From: an uncultured delta proteobacterium | GTDB taxonomy: Bacteria > Myxococcota_A > Polyangia > Polyangiales > Polyangiaceae | Length of the DNA: 64,000 nucleotides | Direction: 5' to 3' | NCBI GenBank assembly: GCA_963782055.1 | Contig: CAWAIF010000003.1 | Coordinates: 4,256,001 to 4,320,000, forward strand | Shown: one piece after another, positions 37,418 through 50,416 of the stretch | Layout of the letters: each line of letters begins with the position of its first letter | Position numbering within the stretch: the stretch's first letter is position 1 | Notes under the pieces: model-generated | Database searches by the model: none | Seen by the model: only the letters and a program-made list of their open reading frames with translations | What the model was told of the DNA's origin: nothing | Translations under genes and position numbers: made by a program

Positions 37418-38161
37418 GTGAGAGTCCCGGCGATGCTCGCGCTCCTGCTCGTCGCGGGCTGCACCTACGACTTCGACCGCTTCGACGCGGCGGGCGGGGG
37501 CGACGGCGGGGCCGGTGGCCCGTGCAATCCCGCGTCGTGCCCCGGGCACCTGTGCACCGACGGCGCGTGCGCCGACTACGGCTCGTGCAAGGCGCTGCTC
37601 GCCGGCAGCCCCGGCGTCGCCTCCGGCGTGTACGAGATCGCCACCGCGAGCGGGGCGTTCAAGGCCTACTGCGACATGACCACCTCCGGCGGCGGCTGGA
37701 CGCTGGCCGGCCGTAGCGTGGCGTCCGCCTCGAAGAACGACACCTTCGGCTGGATCGTGCAGCGCGGGACCCCCGACGACGACACGCAGGCCTACAGCCT
37801 GGACCCCATCGACCGGAAGCTGAGCTTCACCGAGGTGCTGGTGGGCAGCGTGGCGAGCGGCAAGGCTTTCGCCAACGCCTACGTCGTCACCGTGCCGAAG
37901 GACCTGACCGGCTGCCTCACCCAGGCGTGCGGCACCTCCAACGGCGCGGTCGCCGCCGGGAGCTGCAGCCCGGCGACAGGGAGCACCCCCAGCATGCTGC
38001 GCAACCTCGGCTTCACCAGCCAGAACCGCGGCTTCTTCATGCACGACACCGGCACCCAGGCGAGCTACGGCCTGCTGGCGAACGGCTTCTCCCTCTTCTA
38101 CGCCACCTGCAACGAGGGCGGCCTGCTGGACGGCCAGCAGGGCATGATCTTCGTCCGGTAG
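37418..38161 (+). CDS. Lipoprotein with a fibrinogen C-terminal-like (YCDM..GGGWT) domain
   Basis: Lipobox VAGC and SCKALL..SGVYEI..AYCDMTTSGGGWTL. The start is uncertain (37394, 37418 or 37433). Confidence 0.75.
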   Translation: MRVPAMLALLLVAGCTYDFDRFDAAGGGDGGAGGPCNPASCPGHLCTDGACADYGSCKALLAGSPGVASGVYEIATASGAFKAYCDMTTSGGGWTLAGRSVASASKNDTFGWIVQRGTPDDDTQAYSLDPIDRKLSFTEVLVGSVASGKAFANAYVVTVPKDLTGCLTQACGTSNGAVAAGSCSPATGSTPSMLRNLGFTSQNRGFFMHDTGTQASYGLLANGFSLFYATCNEGGLLDGQQGMIFVR

Positions 38162-38216
38162 AGGCTGTCCGGCCGGCCGCGGCTCGGCCGTCGGTCCCCT
38201 CGGCCGCGCGTCCCGC

Positions 38217-38245
38217 TTGACGGACCGCGGGCCGAAAAGTATGTG
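38217..38245 (+). promoter_or_regulatory. Probable sigma70 promoter of the tRNA
   Basis: TTGACG-N17-TATGTG, ending 15 bp upstream of the tRNA. Confidence 0.45.
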
Positions 38246-38260
38246 TGCGGTCCCGATTTT

Positions 38261-38336
38261 TCCGGCTTAGCTCAGTTGGTAGAGCAGGCGGCTGTTAACC
38301 GCCGGGTCGCAGGTTCGAGTCCTGCAGCCGGAGCCA
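38261..38336 (+). tRNA. tRNA-Asn(GTT)
   Basis: Acceptor stem TCCGGCT/AGCCGGA, D-loop AGTTGGTA, anticodon loop CTGTTAA, T-loop GTTCGAGT, encoded CCA. Confidence 0.97.
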
Positions 38337-38394
38337 CTTTTACCCGTGCGCGAACGCCCCGGACCGGGTGGTCGACGACGACGGTGGCGAAGAA

Positions 38395-38425
38395 CGCCGA
38401 GGGAAGCCTCGGCGCTCTTTCTTTG
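38395..38425 (+). terminator. Rho-independent terminator after the tRNA
   Basis: Hairpin CGCCGAGG-gaag-CCTCGGCG followed by CTCTTTCTTT. Confidence 0.6.
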
Positions 38426-38546
38426 TCGTCCGCGATGGTGGCGCCCAGCGGGCCGCCGGGGGCCCTCTCTCAGCATGCTGCGGGCGCGAGGGCCGAGACG
38501 GTTTACAGCGGCTGCTAACCGCCGGGGCGAGCCGAGAACCCGGTGG

Positions 38547-39026
38547 TTAGCTGCGCGTCCCCTCCTGCGGTCGTGGCCGTCCCGTCTCCGGGTCGATCTG
38601 CTTCACGAGATGGTCGGTGATCTTGAACATGCTCTCGACCTCGCCGGCGAACTGCTTCTGGAAGTACTCGGCGGGGCTGGCGCAGCCGGCATCCCGCGCC
38701 GCCTGTTCGTAGTTGCCGTGGAGGAGCGTGTTGCGGACCGCCGAGACCTTCTTGATGCCCTCCTCCTGGTCCCCCCACGGAAGCCGGATGAGCCCCTTGC
38801 TCACTCCCTTTTGGAGCAGGTTGAAGAGGGTGTCCTTCTCGCCGGCATCCGCGCCCAAGACCGCGCGGACGAAGCGCTCGAGGGACAAGCAGACGAGCGC
38901 CGCCTCTGCGAAGAACAGGAGGCCGTCCTGCGGATCGCCGTCCTTGAACCCCAGGTTGTGTTGGCGGAGCAGCATGAGCTCGCGCAAGAGGTGCTGGAAC
39001 TCGGGGTGGTCCTCTTTGAATCCCAT
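38547..39026 (-). CDS. Small helical protein with a HEPN-like RxxxxH motif
   Basis: SAVRNTLLHGNY, preceded by a SLERFVR helix. Last gene of the defence operon. Confidence 0.6.
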   Translation of the reverse strand: MGFKEDHPEFQHLLRELMLLRQHNLGFKDGDPQDGLLFFAEAALVCLSLERFVRAVLGADAGEKDTLFNLLQKGVSKGLIRLPWGDQEEGIKKVSAVRNTLLHGNYEQAARDAGCASPAEYFQKQFAGEVESMFKITDHLVKQIDPETGRPRPQEGTRS

Positions 39027-39031
39027 TGCTC

Positions 39032-40606
39032 TTACCTACTCTCCGTTCGGGTCACCCAGCGCCGGAGGTGTTCGACGAGGTGCTCGAGCCCGTCACCGGG
39101 TACGAGGGGAATGGCGCCGACCGCCCCAGGCTCCGGTCCGCCGATCGCAAACTGCTCCGCCTCGTCGCCGGGGTAGAGCACGAAAGCCGTCTGCACCGCC
39201 GGAAGCGCATCGCGGTACGCGTGCATCTTGGCGATGTCGCTCCACTTGAACGACTTCGATTCGTCCTGCTCGAGCCCCGCCGCCCCACTGCGTTCGATTC
39301 GCAGCTTTGCGTCGAGGACGTGCATCGTATCGACGGCTCCTGCGCGGACCCGGACCACGACATCAGGACGAAGCTGCAGCGAGGCCGAGCGCCTGGCATC
39401 GTGGTGTGCCTGGCTGAAGGTGAGGTTGTAGTAGACAGCCACGTCCTCACCCCAGGCCACGCGGAGCCCCCAGGGTAGATCCACTTGAACGTCGTCCACG
39501 CGCGGGCGCTCTGCGGAATCGGGAGGCCTCCCGAGCACCTGCTCCACGGCGCGCACGACGGCGAAGAAGCACCAGAGCTCGTACAGGGCTGCGACGTCCT
39601 TCATGCCGAGCAGGCGTGAGAGAACATCGTCGGTTGGTAGCCGCGTCGCGGCTCGGAGGAGCAGGTGGTGTCGAAAGACGTCGCGGTATCCACGTCGTCT
39701 TTGGAGCACGGAGGACGCGGCGGGCACGTGAGAGAGGCGGCCAACGTTCTCCCAAAGGGAGTGATCGCGTATCGGTCGCAGAGCTCGTCGCATGTCTCGG
39801 CAGTCGAGACCGACGCGGGCCCAGAACGGGCTTCCCCCTGGGCGAGCGCGAGCCAGCGCATCGACCCGCTCCACGATCTCGGCGAGCTGGCCGAGGAAGG
39901 CTTGGACGAAGCGATTCTCAGCTGTGTCGACCGAGTGGAGGACTCGCGGGACGTCGACGTGCGTTGGAAGATGCCCGCGAAGCGTCTGAGCGAGCGCAAG
40001 CCCACGCGCGGCGCCGCGCGCGCGCTCCATCGGCTCTGCTCCCGCGGCCAGGCGCGCGACGGAACGGGCGTCCACACGTCGGGCATCCGCAAGGCCGACT
40101 CGATCTCGCTCCGCTTCAAACCGCCGATGCGGATCGGCGAGAATCGCCGCCATCGACGAAGCGAGGCCCGTGTCGCGCGGTCCGAGAATCAGCTGCCGCG
40201 CGTAGAGGAACGCGTGCATGAGGATCGCGTTGTTCGCAACGAGCGTGCGATCATGGGGCAGGCCCGCGCTCTGATCTGCGGCATAGGGCAGCGCGAGCGC
40301 GACCTCCGTGAGCTCCGTGAGGAGCGCGTCGAACGTGTCCTCTCCCCACTTTCCGCATTGTACGAAGAGCGTGCCGAGACGGCCCACGGCGAACCGACCT
40401 ACCGAGTTGCCAAAACGAAGCAGGAGGGCGCCCTCCGAGATCCTCTCGGCGTGGCCCGGCCCCACGGCCTCCGCGAGCGCGGCTATCTCCGGGACCACTC
40501 CCGACACGATCCACTCGATCTCTCCACGGACGCGGAGAGCCGACGGAAGGTCCTCCGGTGTGACTCCGCGAGCGCGCGAGCGAAACGAGAGCGTGCCGAG
40601 AGCCAT
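39032..40606 (-). CDS. McrC-like DUF2357 / PD-(D/E)XK nuclease
   Basis: DTAENRFV, LYELWCF, LRPDVV, LDAK, KMHAYRDAL. Lies directly downstream of the McrB-like gene. Confidence 0.85.
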   Translation of the reverse strand: MALGTLSFRSRARGVTPEDLPSALRVRGEIEWIVSGVVPEIAALAEAVGPGHAERISEGALLLRFGNSVGRFAVGRLGTLFVQCGKWGEDTFDALLTELTEVALALPYAADQSAGLPHDRTLVANNAILMHAFLYARQLILGPRDTGLASSMAAILADPHRRFEAERDRVGLADARRVDARSVARLAAGAEPMERARGAARGLALAQTLRGHLPTHVDVPRVLHSVDTAENRFVQAFLGQLAEIVERVDALARARPGGSPFWARVGLDCRDMRRALRPIRDHSLWENVGRLSHVPAASSVLQRRRGYRDVFRHHLLLRAATRLPTDDVLSRLLGMKDVAALYELWCFFAVVRAVEQVLGRPPDSAERPRVDDVQVDLPWGLRVAWGEDVAVYYNLTFSQAHHDARRSASLQLRPDVVVRVRAGAVDTMHVLDAKLRIERSGAAGLEQDESKSFKWSDIAKMHAYRDALPAVQTAFVLYPGDEAEQFAIGGPEPGAVGAIPLVPGDGLEHLVEHLRRWVTRTESR

Positions 40607-40612
40607 CGCCCG

Positions 40613-43108
40613 CTACTCGATGAAACTCACGAACCCGTTGGCGCGCAGGCGCTTCTGCATTCGCCACAGCTTCGCTGCGGTTCGCGGGAGGAGAGGCGCC
40701 TCGCCGTTGGCGGAATGTAGCGCGCCTTTTGCGACGCTCCACGAATCGAGGTCGTGCCCTTCGGCCGCGCCGGAGCCAATCGCTACGACGAACACACGGC
40801 GGAGCACTGCATCGAGCTCCGCCTGCGTGCCGTTCAGCTTCGGAAGTACCTTCGCGAGGACAGCAATGTCGAACGCAGCGAGGAGAGCCTCGTCGCTGGC
40901 GCTCGTCTGCTCCGCGGCAAGCACAGCGAATCGGGCGATCTCACGTGCGACGCGGTAGCCGAAGTGACGGTTGTCCTCCACGAGGGCAGCATGGACGGTG
41001 GCAAGGAGCTTTCGAAGCCTTCCTTCGCAGAGCGCCTCGAAGCGCGACCACTCTTCATCGGTCGCGCGGCCTAGCAGCTTGAGGCCACCCGACAACTTCG
41101 ATAGCGCCAGCGGTGTCGAGGCCGGGTCCTCGCTCGCCGCTCTTCCCGAGAGAAGGTCGAGGTCGACGTCGTTGAACTCCAGCACGAAGGCCCGGTCGAG
41201 CACCTTCGGGCTGAACATGTAGGTGGTCTCGTCGACGTTGACGGTTCCGACGACGAAGAGGTTCGACGGCAGCGCCAGGCGTCGAGGGATCTCCTCGTCG
41301 ACGTCCTCGTCGTCGTGAAGCGCCAGCTCCTCGCCCGACTCCATCGCCGAGAGAAAGTCGGAGAAGTAGTGCTCGACGCGGGCGAGGTTCATTTCGTCGA
41401 AGATCAAGAAGAATGGGCGCGGCGCACGTCCCTCGGCTGCAGCGAGGGAGACCTCCTCTTGTGCGCGCATGACGAGGTCGAGCGTTGGGGTCGAGGCGTA
41501 GGCGCGCGTCAGCGGGTTGTAGAAGCCGAGGAGCGCTCGGGAGTCCGTCCAGTCGGGCCGGACGGCGACGAGCTCGTACGTAGGCGAGAGAACGGTCGAC
41601 GCCGTTGCGGCGCGATCCGCGACGAGCACCTCCTTGCCGTCGATCGTCTCGCGCCGTAACGACAGCCGATCGCCGGCCGACAACGTCGTCTGGAAGGTGC
41701 GCTTGCCGTCCCCGCTCAACAGCACGATGAGGAGGTTCGGCCGGGCCGGGTCCTTGTAGACCGACATCGACTCGACTTGCCTCCCGAGGAGACGAACGTC
41801 GATGCGTCGCCCCTCTCCGGTGAGCGCGTCGAACTCCTTTGCGAGTGTCGCTGGTACGACGAATCGGCCTCGCTTGAGCATGTCCGGGGCGAGCACCTTC
41901 TCCGCGCCGTCGGTCTCACCGTTCGTGGTACGCGGCGAGAACAGCCTGGCCACCTCCAACGCCAACTGAGTCTTTCCAGTTCCGGAGATGCCGGTCAGGA
42001 GGACGAACCTCCGTGCCTGAAGCGCGAGGAGGTACGATGCGAGAAGCTCGGCAGGGAACGAGAGAGAACGACTCTCGAGTTGCGCGATGACGCCGTCGAA
42101 GTCGATCCCTCCCGAAGGCGCGGCAACGGGCGTGGGCGCGTCCACGACAACCGCACTCGCTTGGGGTGCCTGCGCCAGGGTGTTGAACGTGCTCTCGGTC
42201 AGCCGAACGAGTGTTCGTCGCCAGCCGGGCATGTCCACGACGCGGGGCTCCGCGTCGTCCCAGCGGACAGGAAGTCGATGCGGGTACTCGGACCCCGAAA
42301 CGAACTGGTACGGCCCGGTCACGGTGCCGATCCCGAGCACGCGCTTCGTGCCGGCGTTCGCGACGATCCTGTCGCCGACTCGGATGTTCCTGAACTTCCA
42401 GGCTTGGGCTACCCCTCCGCCCCAGTCATGGTCTTTCCTCGCCGCCGCCGCGCGTCGGTCGAACTCGGCCTCGTCGATCCCCGACAGATCGCCGAGTTCC
42501 TTCCAGCCGATGAGAATCACCTGCTTCTCACGGCACGTTGGCCATTCGCCGCCGACTTCACCAGGCGAGATCTTCCAGTACGAAGGCCCGTCACGCGGCC
42601 CATCGTCGTCGCTGGCCTCGTCGGGCTCGCCGTCCACCGCACCGCCGGCCGCGTCAGCCTGATACCGAAGGGTCAGCGCGTGGACGACTTGCTCCGCGAA
42701 AGGTTGGATGTCGTCATCGGGGAGAGGAAGGATGAGCGAGTCGGCGCCCGCGAGGCGGATGAACTCCGCCTTCCGCTTGGCATTGTCGCCGCTCTGCTTC
42801 GTCGGATTGTAACGCCAGACGAGGTTCGCGCCGTTGTGGCGGCTCGTCCCGAGCATCGGAGAGCCCTTGCGCTTCTCCATGACGAAGAGCTGGAAGTTCT
42901 GCTGGCGCGTGTCGGAACCGGAAACGAGGCTCACGTAGAACGGTCGCAGGCCCGACACGCTCACCTTGAACGACCCGATTAGCACCGGCCGATCGGCGAC
43001 GAAGACAAAGTCGCGCGCGTCCGCATTCTGCAGCTCCTCGACTCCCGCGGCCTTCGAGACCGCGCGTCGGAACCGCTCGCCAAGATCTCTTGCTTGTCTC
43101 TCGTCCAT
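40613..43108 (-). CDS. McrB-like AAA+ GTPase with an EVE/PUA-like N-terminal domain
   Basis: GISGTGKT, VRPDW, DEMNLARVEHYFSDFLS, GTVNVDETT..SPKVLDRA. N-terminal YWKISPG..IGW..GD.I..GIG.V.G.Y..HR..V.W. Confidence 0.88.
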   Translation of the reverse strand: MDERQARDLGERFRRAVSKAAGVEELQNADARDFVFVADRPVLIGSFKVSVSGLRPFYVSLVSGSDTRQQNFQLFVMEKRKGSPMLGTSRHNGANLVWRYNPTKQSGDNAKRKAEFIRLAGADSLILPLPDDDIQPFAEQVVHALTLRYQADAAGGAVDGEPDEASDDDGPRDGPSYWKISPGEVGGEWPTCREKQVILIGWKELGDLSGIDEAEFDRRAAAARKDHDWGGGVAQAWKFRNIRVGDRIVANAGTKRVLGIGTVTGPYQFVSGSEYPHRLPVRWDDAEPRVVDMPGWRRTLVRLTESTFNTLAQAPQASAVVVDAPTPVAAPSGGIDFDGVIAQLESRSLSFPAELLASYLLALQARRFVLLTGISGTGKTQLALEVARLFSPRTTNGETDGAEKVLAPDMLKRGRFVVPATLAKEFDALTGEGRRIDVRLLGRQVESMSVYKDPARPNLLIVLLSGDGKRTFQTTLSAGDRLSLRRETIDGKEVLVADRAATASTVLSPTYELVAVRPDWTDSRALLGFYNPLTRAYASTPTLDLVMRAQEEVSLAAAEGRAPRPFFLIFDEMNLARVEHYFSDFLSAMESGEELALHDDEDVDEEIPRRLALPSNLFVVGTVNVDETTYMFSPKVLDRAFVLEFNDVDLDLLSGRAASEDPASTPLALSKLSGGLKLLGRATDEEWSRFEALCEGRLRKLLATVHAALVEDNRHFGYRVAREIARFAVLAAEQTSASDEALLAAFDIAVLAKVLPKLNGTQAELDAVLRRVFVVAIGSGAAEGHDLDSWSVAKGALHSANGEAPLLPRTAAKLWRMQKRLRANGFVSFIE

Positions 43109-43115
43109 GCTCGCT

Positions 43116-43901
43116 CTACCCCCGACCCGCAGCAATGCCCTTGAAGACTCTTTCGCGATGCCACGGCAGGTATGCGCGGTGACTATCGTTGAGTCCGTGG
43201 ACCCTCAGCGAGGCGTCGAGACCGAGGAGCTGCCGGTCGTGGCTCTCGAGCGCGGACGACACGACCACCGCGCCGTCGTCCGCTAGGGAGATGAATCCGC
43301 GGTCAAAGGCTGCGTCGAGATGCGGAGCGAGCAGCACGCCGTTGAACACGTCGAGCCTCTCGGCGTCGCTCGCGCAGTCGGCCCACGGCTTGATGTGGCT
43401 CGCGCGGAGGAGTTCGGGAACGGCGAGGCCGGTGATCGCGCAGCGACCCTCCCAGTATTCGAGGAGCCCCTGTCGGAAGACGCCCTGCCCGACGCGCTGG
43501 ACGACCAGCCGTTCCGCCTCGGTGTTCCGTGGCAGCGAGACGGTCTGCTTCTCGAACGTGTGGAGCAGCTCGTCGGGAAGCGTCTTACTGAGCTGGTACG
43601 CGCGCCGGAGCAGACGGTGGAGCTCCGGAATGCTGGTAACGGTTCGACCCCCGAAAGCGCCCTTGGGGAGGGGGGCCGCCATCGGTGTGCCGTACTGCCC
43701 GAGGGCGCGCGTGACGTTTTGCTGCGAGAAGGTCGCGAGGAATACCGCATCGCCGAATGTGCCGAGCCAGATGCGGAGCGGGCACTGCGTGCTCGCGAAA
43801 GCGAGCCAGTCGCCCTCACGTGGGAGTTCCTGGTCGAAGCCGTTGTCCGTCGCCGCCTTCTCGAGGCGCGAGAGGATCATAGGCGAGAGCGCGGTGGTCA
43901 C
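43116..43901 (-). CDS. HNH endonuclease (HNH_2 type)
   Basis: RVGQGVFR..CAITG..LRASHIKPW..NGVLL..HLDAAFDRG. GTGA overlap with the upstream gene. Confidence 0.88.
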   Translation of the reverse strand: MTTALSPMILSRLEKAATDNGFDQELPREGDWLAFASTQCPLRIWLGTFGDAVFLATFSQQNVTRALGQYGTPMAAPLPKGAFGGRTVTSIPELHRLLRRAYQLSKTLPDELLHTFEKQTVSLPRNTEAERLVVQRVGQGVFRQGLLEYWEGRCAITGLAVPELLRASHIKPWADCASDAERLDVFNGVLLAPHLDAAFDRGFISLADDGAVVVSSALESHDRQLLGLDASLRVHGLNDSHRAYLPWHRERVFKGIAAGRG

Positions 43902-45899
43902 AGGTCCACCCGGAAAAAACGCGTCTCGTCAGACCGCGCGCTGAGCTCGACTCGGACGCGTTCGCGAATCTCGCCCCCGGGCGGCTCGGTCGTCGTCGTC
44001 ACGATGTACTGGAACGGGGCCGTTTCCTCGTCGGGACCGAGCGCCAATGCGGTCTCGAAGAGGCGCGCGTAGGTCCACGGATTGAGGTCGCCCTCGCGCG
44101 GGCTGTCGTGAAGGAGGAAGGCGGGCGCCGAGGACGTTCCCTCGACCGCGCAGAGCAGAGCGGCGAGGTCGAAGAGCACGAGCCGGAGGGAATTCAGCGC
44201 CACCGACCGTCGGCGACCGCGCCACTGGATGTGCGCGTGGAGTCCCTTGCCGTCGAGGGTGACCTCGCCCTTTGCCTCCTTCGCGACGACCTGCTTCACG
44301 AGCGCGTCGAACCACTTGGTGAGCTCGCCGGTCGAGTACGTGCTCAGGTGTTCGTTCTTCTGTTCAGCGATGAGCTTCTCGGCGTCCTTCGCCTTCCTCT
44401 CGGCGGCGCGCGCATCTTTGAGCGCCTTCACCGCCGCAACGAAGTTCCGTAGCGTTCCCTTCGCGGCCCACGCGGCTTGGCTCTCTTCGGTGGCCCGCGT
44501 GATCGCGAGCTGGTGGGCTTCCACGGCGCGTTCGAGGTTCGTGATTCTGGTGTTCAGCCCCGCGCGCTGGCCCTTCAGCTTCGCGAGCTTGTCGGCGTTC
44601 GACGCGACCTCGTCGGCGACCTTCTTCTGGTGCGCGTCGCTCTCCTGCGCAAGCTTCCTCGCCGCGTCGGGATCGGGGAGCTTCGGCATCGGGCACACGA
44701 ACTTCGCCTTGTTGACATCGAGAGGAGTGTCGTCGTAGGGGCACGTCGGGTGCTTCGCCTGTCGAAGAGCCGCCCAAGCTTTGGCGTTGTCCGTCGCGAC
44801 CAGTCCCAATTGCTCCTTGCCGCATTTGACTTCGTCAACGACGTCGGTGATGCGCTGCTCAACCTCGGCAAGCTCAGCGCGCGTGGCTTCGAGAGCCTGC
44901 TCGTCTGCCTTCTGCGCCGTCGTGATCTCGACGGCGGTCGTGCTGCGGAGCCGTTTCTCGACGGCGGCTTCAAGGGCTCGCACGTGAGCGTCGTGCGCGG
45001 CCTGCTCGTCCTCCAGTGCCTGTTCCGGCGGTGGTGGTGGCGGCCAGATTGTTGACTCGTCCCTCTGAAGTGCCGCTGCGACGTCTCGGCGTAGCACCTT
45101 GAAGCGCTCATCGGCTTGGCGTGCCTCCGAGTCGGCGGTGCTCGCCGCTTGCGACGCACCCGCCGCCTGCTTGCGGGCGATGTTCGATTGCGCCGAGTAG
45201 AGGCCAACCGCCATGCGGAGCACGTTCAACCGCGTCTCCGAAGCAGCCTTGCGAACCGGCGAGTGGGAGCTGGATTCGGGATGCCGCCAGTGGGTCAGTC
45301 CGTCGAGCCGACACTCTTGGTCCCGTGTGAGCCATGCCAGCACGTACTGCCAGGGGATCTCGATGTCCGAGAGCTCCTTCAGCAACTCGCGGTGCGCATC
45401 GGTGAACGCGACGACCTCGAGCGCTTCGCGGAACGCGCCGAACGAGCCCCGGTGGGTGTCATCGGCGAGGGCGTCGAGGCTCTCAGCTCGTAGCGCTCGG
45501 TCATCGGCACGCGCAGCGAAGGCACGGCGTACCACCCACGTCTCGCCGCAGAGGCGAACCTCGGCGCCGACGCCGCCGTCGGGGAAGCGAGTACGGATGC
45601 CTGCCGTGTCCTCGGGATCAGCGAAAGTATCCTCACCGAGGCAGTAGCGAATCTGTCGACAGAGCAGAGTTTTCCCTGCCGCGTGGCCCGTCGAGACCTG
45701 GTCGGCGGTCGGGCCCGCAGGCGACGCCACGATGTTCAGCCCACGGCGGAAAGGGATGTTGCGGCCATGCTCAGGGGCGTCGTCGGTGAAGTCGTGCCAC
45801 AGGCGCAGGCGCTTGACCCAGAGACGCGGTTCCACGAGTCCGGCGCCGGGCTTCAAATCCGGTGCAGGCCACCGGAGGTCCAGTGTGTCGCGGTCCCGT

Positions 45900-45910
<11 letters not shown>
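43898..45910 (-). CDS. SMC/Rad50-like ABC ATPase with a long coiled coil (ABC-three-component/Lamassu-like)
   Basis: Walker A-like GHAAGKT, coiled coil with a central CPYD..CP zinc-hook-like motif, and Walker B-like FLLHDSPRE. GTG start inferred at 45910. Confidence 0.72.
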
Positions 45911-50414
<4,504 letters not shown>

Positions 50415-50416
50415 GG

